Part shown: positions 51,174 through 59,677 of the stretch, in pieces
How positions within the stretch are numbered: position 1 is the first letter of the stretch
Layout: each line of letters opens with the position of its first letter
Source: Candidatus Nomurabacteria bacterium CG1_02_43_90
GTDB taxonomy: Bacteria; Patescibacteriota; Minisyncoccia; Phycocordibacterales; UBA1550
Length of the DNA: 64,000 bases
Reading direction: 5' to 3'
Assembly: GCA_001871765.1 (NCBI GenBank)
Contig: MNVN01000015.1
Location: 52,543-116,542, forward strand
Notes under the pieces: model-generated
The model's database searches: none
What the model was told of the DNA's origin: nothing
The model's input: only the letters and a program-made list of their open reading frames with translations
Position numbers and translations under genes: made by a program

Positions 51174-51194
51174 TGAAAAATCACAAGGGAAGTA

Positions 51195-51830
51195 CTATTT
51201 TACCTCAATAACCATGTGCTCTTTAGGGTACCGCACTTTCTTATACTGGGCAGTTGGGTCATCAGAAGCGCGGAATCCTGCCGCAGCAATAACTTTTGTT
51301 TCAAGACCTTGTTCTTCTAACCCAAGGATTTCATCAAATTTCTTTGGGTCAAATCCTTCCATTGCAGCAACATCAATGCCTTCGATTGCACCTGCCGTGA
51401 TGAGTACGCCGAGCGCAAGGTATGCTTGCTTTGTTGCCCAATCCTTTCGTTCTTCTTCACTCTTTGGCGCAATAGCCCCTTTGATCATGCCTGCATAGCC
51501 AGCAAGATTTTCAAGAGGTATTCCCCGTACATCAGATACTGATTTGATAAACGCATCAACGAGTGCATCGTCAATATGTTTCTCTACGGCAAAAACCACA
51601 AGATGTGACGCCTCAGAAATTTTTGGTTGACCATACCCTGCTTCTTGAAGTTTTGTGCGTATTTCAGGATTAGTAACAACAATCATTTTCCATGGCTGTA
51701 GTCCATACGATGAAGGCGCAAGAATGGTCGCCTCCAAAAGACTTTCAAGTTGTTCATCGCTCAATTTTTTACTTACCTCAAACTTGTTGGTGGCATAACG
51801 CCATTGCATTGCTTCAATAATATTTTTCAT
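51195..51830 (-). CDS. NAD(P)H-dependent nitroreductase (NfsB-like)
   Basis: WRYAT.KF, LAPSSYGLQPW, QAYLALG, MEGFD. Confidence 0.93.
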   Translation of the reverse strand: MKNIIEAMQWRYATNKFEVSKKLSDEQLESLLEATILAPSSYGLQPWKMIVVTNPEIRTKLQEAGYGQPKISEASHLVVFAVEKHIDDALVDAFIKSVSDVRGIPLENLAGYAGMIKGAIAPKSEEERKDWATKQAYLALGVLITAGAIEGIDVAAMEGFDPKKFDEILGLEEQGLETKVIAAAGFRASDDPTAQYKKVRYPKEHMVIEVK

Positions 51831-52206
51831 ATAAATAATCGTGATTATTACTCTTTTTAAATTAACAGGAGTACAGTATACCAGTTTTCTATTCTTTGAG
51901 AAATTCCCCGTATAGCCTTATCCACTCCGATACAAAACAAAATAGAATCTAAAAGTATGTCCCTAAAATACAAAAACTCCAACATGTTGGAGTTTTTGTA
52001 TAACCAATTTAGGTGTACGTAATGTATTACGCAGTTAATGATAATAATAGAATTATAGCATTTTTCCTTTATAAGAATGTACGGCGCGAACATATATTTA
52101 TGAAACTAAACTTTGCTTAGTAGACATACGTCTATGCATGAGAATCCTCTCTATAATTTCCTAGCAGTACCCACATAAACATTTTTTTGGTATAGTTGTC
52201 TCAATT

Positions 52207-52578
52207 ATGAAAGAAAAATTATCGCGATTGTCCATGGCAAATGAATGGTTTATGGGCTTCCTTGTGTTATTCAGTATCTTCATGCTGATTTTTGAAGAAA
52301 CGCACACGGTCACCCCTTATGAAATTCAAATAATCGATGGTATCGACCTCACGATTGCATTCATATTTATGGCAGAGTTTTTTACCGCTCTTTATTTTGC
52401 GCATAATCGCTATTCTTTTTTCAAATCACATTGGTGGGAGCTTCTTGCGACCATTCCTTTTACAAACGCTGCAACACAAGCTCTACGCGTTCTGCGTATT
52501 CTGCGTGTCATAAAAGTCTTTCGTGCGGGAGCACATTTTTCTCTTACCGAACAGAATTATAAAAGCGTAAAAAAATAA
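52207..52578 (+). CDS. Stand-alone voltage-sensor (S1-S4) domain protein
   Basis: S2 F..EF, S3 WWELLATIP, S4 LRVLRILRVIKVFR; ends with no pore region. Confidence 0.8.
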   Translation: MKEKLSRLSMANEWFMGFLVLFSIFMLIFEETHTVTPYEIQIIDGIDLTIAFIFMAEFFTALYFAHNRYSFFKSHWWELLATIPFTNAATQALRVLRILRVIKVFRAGAHFSLTEQNYKSVKK

Positions 52579-53185
52579 TTCTTACCCAACAAAACCTTCG
52601 AGTACGCGGAGAGAGTTTTCGAATTCTTGTAATTTTCTCTTCATCACTGGAGGAAGGTTGAGTTTCTCGAGCATTCCTTTTTGCTCTTTGTCGGATGTCG
52701 CAAATGGAAAAGGAGGGTGAGAAGCGAATGCTTGTAGCTTCGCAAGGCCGGAGCGCGACGGCGCGAGGCGGGGTCGCGGAATTTCCCAGCAGGAAAATAT
52801 CCGTGATCTTGGGGAGGAATTTTCCATTTGCTCATCTTTTTATTTTGGCGGAATTCGGGGCGGACAAAAATGCAAATTCAAAACCTTTTTATATTGTGCC
52901 TCTACCATTCTACTATTTTTCGTCCACGATCTAAAGGAGACCATCCTCGGCATTCGCCTCGGACATTTCCGCTAGGGCTACTCGCGCCTAGATGTCTAGG
53001 TTTTCTGCTTATCCTCCGCATTCCCGCTCCGCGCGTGCGATTAGTCAGCAGTCGGATTGTTTTGGAAAAAAGTTCGGATTTTGTTCAAGAGACACAGCTC
53101 TGCGAAGAAGTTATCGTTTTTAGAAAAATGCGGAGCGTCGCAAAGCGACGCTCCGCATTTTGGCGAAAACGGCGATTCTATTTTT

Positions 53186-53259
53186 TGGCTGGGAGGCTTG
53201 GAATCGAACCAAGATTAACGGCTTCAAAGGCCGCTGTCCTACCATTAGACGATCTCCCA
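53186..53259 (-). tRNA. tRNA-Gln (anticodon UUG), CCA encoded
   Basis: Minus strand TGGGAGATCGTCTAATGGTAGGACAGCGGCCTTTGAAGCCGTTAATCTTGGTTCGATTCCAAGCCTCCCAGCCA folds as a cloverleaf with a TTCGA T-loop. Confidence 0.96.
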
Positions 53260-53313
53260 AAGTTATTTAATTCTCTTTACAAGCACTGATGCAGAATACA
53301 CCAAAAAGGCCTC

Positions 53314-54366
53314 TTAGGCAACGGGTTGCTTCTGTGCACCTTCGACGAGGCTTAGGAGTGCGAGTTCAAGCGGTAACGTTTGAATTGTTGCGTTACGTAA
53401 GTTAGTATACACCCCCAGGAAAACTAGAAGTTCTTTTGAGGACAGAGTCTTAATTGCTTCCTTTGCAAGCTTCTCAAGAAATGCAAAATCTTCATCGGAA
53501 GAATTTGCACGGACCTCATTTTTCATTGCAGGAGCGAAACGAAGAAGAAGAACAAAGCGCATTTTACGCACCACAAGGTCAAGGAAAACTTTTATATCAC
53601 TCGAGGCCATTACTGAGTTCAATACCTGTACTCCTTTTTCAAAATTACGCTCGACAATGGCAGAGATGAAATCATTTACGGCGCGCGCACTCGGCGCGCC
53701 GAGCACGGCCTCTACTTCTTCGGGGGTTATCTTTTTATCGGCGGATGAATACAATACTTTTTGTAATGTACCCAACGTATCACGAAACGACCCGTCGCCC
53801 AAAAGCGCAATCAAGTCTGAGGAAGCAGGTGCGAGGTCGTACCCCTCCTTTTTTGCTACTGTTTCCACAAACTTCTGCAAGATTACCTGTATAGGTTTTT
53901 TGAAATGGAAACTCTGACAGCGAGAAACAACCGTTTCGGGAAGTCTCCCCTCTTCGGTCGTTGCAAGAATAAACACGACATGCCGTGGTGGCTCTTCAAG
54001 AGTCTTCAGGAGCGCATTGAAAGCTCCTTTGCTCAACATGTGGACCTCATCAATAATATACACTTTGAACTTTGAGTGCAGGGGCATCGTATGTACCGCA
54101 TCACGAAGTGCGCGTATATCATCAACGCCACCGTTTGATGCTGCGTCTATCTCGTAGATGTCATCGTCATGCACACCAATTGCACGTCCAAAAATACGTG
54201 CGATGGAAGTTTTTCCGGTACCACGGGATCCTGAGAAAAGATACGCGTGTCCGACAGAATCTTCCTTGATAGCACCCTCAAGGTTTTTCACAATTTGCTC
54301 CTGCCCCACAACTTCGGCAAAAGTTTGCGGGCGATATTTACGGTAGAGGGCGAGATTTGCAGACAT
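53314..54366 (-). CDS. dnaX: DNA polymerase III subunit gamma/tau
   Basis: LYRKYRPQTF, GSRGTGKT, EIDAAS, IIDEVHML, NALLKTLEEPP, SRC. Confidence 0.96.
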   Translation of the reverse strand: MSANLALYRKYRPQTFAEVVGQEQIVKNLEGAIKEDSVGHAYLFSGSRGTGKTSIARIFGRAIGVHDDDIYEIDAASNGGVDDIRALRDAVHTMPLHSKFKVYIIDEVHMLSKGAFNALLKTLEEPPRHVVFILATTEEGRLPETVVSRCQSFHFKKPIQVILQKFVETVAKKEGYDLAPASSDLIALLGDGSFRDTLGTLQKVLYSSADKKITPEEVEAVLGAPSARAVNDFISAIVERNFEKGVQVLNSVMASSDIKVFLDLVVRKMRFVLLLRFAPAMKNEVRANSSDEDFAFLEKLAKEAIKTLSSKELLVFLGVYTNLRNATIQTLPLELALLSLVEGAQKQPVA

Positions 54367-54411
54367 AAAAAGAGTATATCAGAAATGCGCAGTTTGCTCA
54401 AAATTTATTTA

Positions 54412-54438
54412 AAAAAGGCCCCGCGAGCGGGGGCTTTT
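54412..54438 (-). terminator. Terminator after ORF 54445-54858
   Basis: AAAAAGGCCCCGC-GA-GCGGGGCTTTT. Confidence 0.65.
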
Positions 54439-54444
54439 GAATAT

Positions 54445-54858
54445 CTAAATAACATACCTCAACATTCTTTCATAAAAATCAGGATGAGGGGACTTCCCTT
54501 TTCTTTTTAATTCAACAAACTCTGCTTCGTCAGTCAGGTTCAGAACCTTGATTTTTAGTGGCCTTAGTTTTGAGACTTCTTTTTCGCGTTGTTTTTGTAA
54601 GCGGACAAGGGCATCAAGAAGTGAGTATTCAACTCTTCTTGCGTCATCATCCAACAACCTCGAGTCAAGAATTTCAATTTGCCACTCAATTTCTTCAAGA
54701 CGCTTTGATGCTACTTCTTGTTCTACAAAAGCCAGACAATAAAGACACTCCTTGTTATTTGTTTCAGGTTTTAAAACAATCGGTATTATCCTCCAGTCAC
54801 GATTACTCGCACACATCTCCTCCTCGTAACACCTAGTACAAGTAGGTGGTCTTTGCAT
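54445..54858 (-). CDS. Hypothetical protein with CxxC pairs and a coiled coil
   Basis: CTRC...CLYC; SD-like AAAGGTAGG upstream. Confidence 0.65.
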   Translation of the reverse strand: MQRPPTCTRCYEEEMCASNRDWRIIPIVLKPETNNKECLYCLAFVEQEVASKRLEEIEWQIEILDSRLLDDDARRVEYSLLDALVRLQKQREKEVSKLRPLKIKVLNLTDEAEFVELKRKGKSPHPDFYERMLRYVI

Positions 54859-54925
54859 AGCACACCTACCTTTCTATAAAATTTATCCTTGTACAGATTA
54901 ACATACAAGCAAGTAAGAACCAAGA

Positions 54926-55936
54926 CTATCTTGTTTCCAAGAACTCCCGTGCTATTTTCTCGACCTCGTCAGCATTTTTTGCATCCATCATTCTTACCCG
55001 CAACTCTTTTGCGCCATCAAAGCCATTCACATAGGCTTTGTAGTGCTTTTTCATAATCGCAAAACTTTTTATATCCCCCAGTTCTTTTTCAAAAAGGTGC
55101 GTGTGTTCAATCATTATTTCAAATTTTTCAGCAAGTGTTGGGAGTGTTGTGCGTGTGCGGTCAAAGAACCACGGAGTACCAAAAACTGCGCGACCAACCA
55201 TAATGCCGTACGCCCCTGTTGTGCGTGCTTTCTCAAGTCCATCAGAAAGACTCTCCACATCACCATTCCCCACAATGAGCGTTCCCGTGCCCTCGGCAAG
55301 CTCTATCGCACGCTTCACAAGCTCCCACCGCGCAGGAACAAGTGAGAGGTCTTTGCGTGTGCGTGCGTGTACGGTAATCACTGCTGGTTTTGTTTCAAGT
55401 ATCGCGCCGATCCATTCATCGAGGTTTTCCTTGTTGTACCCCACGCGCGTTTTCACGGACACAGGCAAGCCCCCCGCCCCCGCCATAACGGCGCGAATCA
55501 CTGCTTGTGCATGTTGTATATTTTTCATATGCGATGCACCTGCGCCCTGCTTTTCAATACTCTTGTCAGGGCACCCCATATTGATATCAATACCGTCAAA
55601 ACCGAGCTCACGAATGAGCTCCGCAGTCTTTTGCATATTCTCTAAATTTGAACCAAAAATTTGCGCGACAATAGGATGCTCACCCTTCGTGAAGGAAAGG
55701 TCACGTTTCAGTATCTCCCGCCCTTGACTACAGAGACCGTCTGAAGAAACGAACTCCGTCCAAAAGACATCAGGTCCACCACCCTTTTCCCCGTGCCGAC
55801 TATATTTCGCAATCATCTGCCGAAATGCAGCGTCCGTCACATCCGCCATTGGGGCAAGCGCAAAAAATGGCTGAGGAAGTTTTCCCCAGAAACCCATAAC
55901 TGGTTTTTGTACTGATGATTTAGTTTCGCTTTTCAT
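54926..55936 (-). CDS. tRNA-dihydrouridine synthase
   Basis: LAPMA.VTD..FR, TEFVS, QIFG, DINMGCP, VSVKTR, VHART, GNGDV, MVGR. Confidence 0.93.
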   Translation of the reverse strand: MKSETKSSVQKPVMGFWGKLPQPFFALAPMADVTDAAFRQMIAKYSRHGEKGGGPDVFWTEFVSSDGLCSQGREILKRDLSFTKGEHPIVAQIFGSNLENMQKTAELIRELGFDGIDINMGCPDKSIEKQGAGASHMKNIQHAQAVIRAVMAGAGGLPVSVKTRVGYNKENLDEWIGAILETKPAVITVHARTRKDLSLVPARWELVKRAIELAEGTGTLIVGNGDVESLSDGLEKARTTGAYGIMVGRAVFGTPWFFDRTRTTLPTLAEKFEIMIEHTHLFEKELGDIKSFAIMKKHYKAYVNGFDGAKELRVRMMDAKNADEVEKIAREFLETR

Positions 55937-55962
55937 ATTTACACCAAGCACTCTATCACAAC

Positions 55963-56826
55963 TTACGAGTTTTCAAACCCAAAGAAAATTTTATTCCCAA
56001 AACGCATATCAATATAGAGAAGCTTTTTTCTGAGCGCGACATTTTCAGGAAACTGCGCCGCAATCGCCGCACGAAGATTTTTAACGAGCGTTACTAAATC
56101 ATTTTCATCTTTGCACCGTATTATTACTCCCGAGAGAAAAGGGTACGCAGTGCTTAATCGCATGGTAATTTCAAATTGTTTATCTTCTTTTATCTCCACC
56201 CGGAGAGGTTCTCCCACTTCAGAACGTAACATTTGAGAAAGGGTATCGGTATAAGAAAAAAGGTCAGCAGGAAGCATGCCACGCAAGGGGGTCTGTTCAT
56301 CTTTTTGCGCGAGCTTCCCGTACACTTCTTGATACACACCACTTGAAAAAGTCGGGGCGCGGTCAAAGACAAATCCTGTTGTATCAAGGAACCAACAATT
56401 ATCAAGGATAGCCTTATCGTTTTTAAATTCATTTCCACACCAGATATCGTGAGGTTTTCGCTCCGACACATTAACGGTAACCGTGTGGGCATCAATACGA
56501 AATGTTTCTACGCTCACAAGACGAGGAAAAGTATCGAGAAGCACTTCTTGTATTTCCTTACGGGGATAGAGGTTGCTATTCTTGCGTGCATATACAAAAA
56601 AATAGTTACCCTGGAGTTTCTCTACTACTTTTTCACGAATTGCATCTTCTGAGACCGCATTCGCTCCCTTGACACGGACAGTCTCGATTTCCCAACGATG
56701 ATTTTGCGAGATACCACCACCTGCAATAAAGAAGATAAAAAGAAGAATGATAATTGCAATCACATACAGAGACCACTCACCAAACTGTGCTCGCGTACGC
56801 TCAACAATCGTGGTAAATCGTTCCAT
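55963..56826 (-). CDS. FtsQ/DivIB-like POTRA protein
   Basis: TM helix, I..V.V.G, V.V.ER.P, C-terminal YIDMRFGNKIF. Confidence 0.75.
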   Translation of the reverse strand: MERFTTIVERTRAQFGEWSLYVIAIIILLFIFFIAGGGISQNHRWEIETVRVKGANAVSEDAIREKVVEKLQGNYFFVYARKNSNLYPRKEIQEVLLDTFPRLVSVETFRIDAHTVTVNVSERKPHDIWCGNEFKNDKAILDNCWFLDTTGFVFDRAPTFSSGVYQEVYGKLAQKDEQTPLRGMLPADLFSYTDTLSQMLRSEVGEPLRVEIKEDKQFEITMRLSTAYPFLSGVIIRCKDENDLVTLVKNLRAAIAAQFPENVALRKKLLYIDMRFGNKIFFGFENS

Positions 56827-56838
56827 GAGAAAATAACG

Positions 56839-58098
56839 CTATCCTATTTTATCTTTGCCCATGTAGGGACGGAGTACTTCGGGAATAACAATACTGCCAT
56901 CTTCCTGTTGGAAATTTTCAACAAGCATAATAAGCGGGCGACCAGAGAGTGCCGTGTTGTTGACTGAATGCACAAACTTCAATTTGCCATCATCACGATA
57001 ACGAATATTTAATCTGCGTGTTTGAAAATCATGGAAGTAACTTGCTGATCCTGTTTCGCGATACGTGTTCTCGGAAGGAAGCCATGCTTCAATGTCATAC
57101 TTCTTTACTTGTCCGAGTCCGAGGTCTCCCCCACAGTTCACTACGACATGGTACGGAATACCGAGTGCCTGCATAATTCCTTCGGTGTTTGCTTGCACCT
57201 CCTCATGGTACTTTACGGATTCAGTATGCGAAGCTTCACACAAAACGACTTGCTCTATTTTATAAAATTCATGTACGCGCAAAATACCCTTGGTGTCTTT
57301 GCCGTGGCTCCCCGCTTCGCGACGGAATGAATCTGCAAAGGAAAGGAGCTTGATGGGTAAATCTTTTTTCTCTAAAACTTCATCCATGTAGTACCCCATC
57401 GTGGCAACCTCAGCCGTCCCTGCAAGGTAGTCTCCATCTTGTGTTTTATAGAGATCTTCTTCTCCTTGAGGCAAGTACCCTGTACCAAAAAGCAGTTCGC
57501 GTTTTATAAGGGACGGCACAATCATTGGGGTGTAGCCCTCTTTTTTTAAAAAGTAATCTTGTACAAAATGCCAGAGGGCAAACTGTAGACGTGCACCGTC
57601 CCCTTTTAATACGTAGCCACGGAACCCTGCAACTTTCGTGCCACGCTCAAGGTCGAGCATTCCCAAATTTTGCATAAGCTCAATATGATCCTTGGGGGTA
57701 AAATTGAACTGAGGAATAGCACCCCACGTGCGTAACTCTACATTATCAGAATCTTCTTTACCCTCAGGCACCGACATATCGGGAACATTTGGCACTTGTA
57801 CCATGAGCCCTTGCCACTGCTTCATTACTTCATTGAGTTCAGATTCTTTTTGCTGGAGTAATTCTTTTGCCGATTTTGATTCCGCAATAAGTCGCTCACG
57901 TTCTTCGGGGTTCTGCGCGCGCGGTACCGCGTTCGCAATTTCATTTTGTTTACTGCGCATTGTCTCTACTTCAGTGAGGATGGCACGACGGCTATCATCG
58001 ACCGTTATCAGTTCTGCCACATCAAAGGTGATGTTCTTTTTGCGCGCCGCCTCTTTCACTAAATCTGCATTTTCCCGAATGAATTTAATATCTAACAT
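56839..58098 (-). CDS. serS: Serine--tRNA ligase
   Basis: MLDIKFIREN, L.GTAEV, FRREAGS.GKDTKGI.RVHEF.K.EQ, YDIEAW.PS. Confidence 0.97.
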   Translation of the reverse strand: MLDIKFIRENADLVKEAARKKNITFDVAELITVDDSRRAILTEVETMRSKQNEIANAVPRAQNPEERERLIAESKSAKELLQQKESELNEVMKQWQGLMVQVPNVPDMSVPEGKEDSDNVELRTWGAIPQFNFTPKDHIELMQNLGMLDLERGTKVAGFRGYVLKGDGARLQFALWHFVQDYFLKKEGYTPMIVPSLIKRELLFGTGYLPQGEEDLYKTQDGDYLAGTAEVATMGYYMDEVLEKKDLPIKLLSFADSFRREAGSHGKDTKGILRVHEFYKIEQVVLCEASHTESVKYHEEVQANTEGIMQALGIPYHVVVNCGGDLGLGQVKKYDIEAWLPSENTYRETGSASYFHDFQTRRLNIRYRDDGKLKFVHSVNNTALSGRPLIMLVENFQQEDGSIVIPEVLRPYMGKDKIG

Positions 58099-58158
58099 AA
58101 TAAATAGTATAGCAGAAAAAGATAACAGTGTACAAAAATTTGTTTACGCAACCAACTT

Positions 58159-58210
58159 TCTGACTATCTACTTATAGAGTATAATAGTACTCTATAAGTA
58201 GATAGTCAGA
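58159..58210. repeat. 23-bp perfect inverted repeat with a 6-nt spacer
   Basis: TCTGACTATCTACTTATAGAGTA-TAATAG-TACTCTATAAGTAGATAGTCAGA between divergent serS and dprA. Confidence 0.9.
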
Positions 58211-58303
58211 GTTTAGAAATACTATTCTAAACTCAGGTTTTTGGAGAGTTATCCACTATTAAAATACCTAGACACTCGTGTTACACTTATTTATAAGAAC
58301 ACA

Positions 58304-59197
58304 ATGTCTCCTACTCCCTATAAAATCAAAAAACTTACGCAAGAAGAATTTCCAAAATCACTTCTCGAAATTCCCCAAGTGCCTGAAAAACTTTTTGTTG
58401 CAGGCGAGCTCCCCGACCCTACTCAATTTTACTACCTCGCAGTCGTTGGCTCCCGCAAGTACACAAACTACGGTCGCGAAGCATGTGAACGAATCATCAC
58501 AGGACTTGCGGGGTACCCCATCGTTATTGTTTCGGGGCTCGCTATGGGTATCGACGGTATCGCACACCGCTCTGCGCTCGATGCAGGACTTCTTACAATT
58601 GCCATCCCCGGATCAGGGCTCGAACCTGCTGTGATCTATCCACGCACAAATTTTAATCTTGCACAAGAAATTCTTGAGAACGGAGGAGCCCTTCTTTCTG
58701 AGTTTGAGCCGGACCTCCATGCAGCGCCGTGGACCTTTCCGCAACGTAACCACATCATGGCAGGCATCACGCAAGGTACCCTTGTCATTGAAGCCGAAGA
58801 AAAGTCAGGTACGCTCATCACGGCGCGCATGGCACTCGACTACAATAGAAATGTGTTCACGGTCCCGGGACCAATTTTCTCAGCAACCTCAAAAGGTACG
58901 AACGGGCTCCTTCGCCAAGGTGCAACCCCGATCACCTGCGCAAAAGACCTCCTTGAAGAAATTGGCTTTATTGAACAAACTTTTGGTGACCCTGAACAAC
59001 AAGGAAACAAACTCGACCTCACTCTTTTTAGCCCCGAAGAACAAGTGGTGCTCCTACTGTTAGATGAGCCACGTGAGCGTGAAGAAATTATTTCATCACT
59101 CGACACACCGCTAACAGAAATACTTTCAATTCTCATGATTCTCGAAATCAAAGGAATCATTCGCGAGAGAATGGGGAAAATTGAGCGAGTAAAATAG
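58304..59197 (+). CDS. dprA: DNA-processing protein DprA
   Basis: AVVGSR..T.YG, VSGLAMGIDG.AH, FPQRN, EAEEKSGTLITA; upstream of topA. Confidence 0.95.
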   Translation: MSPTPYKIKKLTQEEFPKSLLEIPQVPEKLFVAGELPDPTQFYYLAVVGSRKYTNYGREACERIITGLAGYPIVIVSGLAMGIDGIAHRSALDAGLLTIAIPGSGLEPAVIYPRTNFNLAQEILENGGALLSEFEPDLHAAPWTFPQRNHIMAGITQGTLVIEAEEKSGTLITARMALDYNRNVFTVPGPIFSATSKGTNGLLRQGATPITCAKDLLEEIGFIEQTFGDPEQQGNKLDLTLFSPEEQVVLLLLDEPREREEIISSLDTPLTEILSILMILEIKGIIRERMGKIERVK

Positions 59198-59677
59198 TAA
59201 AAATTATCCACAGAAAAACTTGGCGATGAAAAGATAGTAGTGCTACTCTTGGGTGGTGTTGTAGTGCACTAGTGCTCTACAAATTTTATGTAGTTTCTTT
59301 TTGAGCGATCTGAGTATAAAAAAGTAAGCAGGCACTTAAAAGTCTCATTGATCGTCTTGAGAGGAATCCACCTTGTCGATATCGGCATGATGGACTAGCT
59401 GGACTTTTTGTGCATGAAGGAATTCATGCACAAAGTATGCGACGCAACCCTGAAAGAACTGTTCATTGGGAGCATTGCGTTTGCAGTACTTGCCTATCGG
59501 CGGAAACTCAGCAGGACTCTTTGTCATCATGCATCAAGCATCTGGAAACATTCCTGATATTTACCTCGCCGGCATCACTAATTTTAATGGACCTCGGTTC
59601 ATTTCAGTCTCCAAATTCGGTGGCTGTTTTATTTTTCATTTGCAAAATAAATCACTCTATAGTACTAATGTATTTTA

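Noticed and set aside
52582..53289. ORFs 52582-52827 (-) and 52828-53289 (+) as real proteins
   Set aside because: Low-complexity Arg/Pro/Ser-rich translations of hairpin DNA; the second runs antisense through tRNA-Gln
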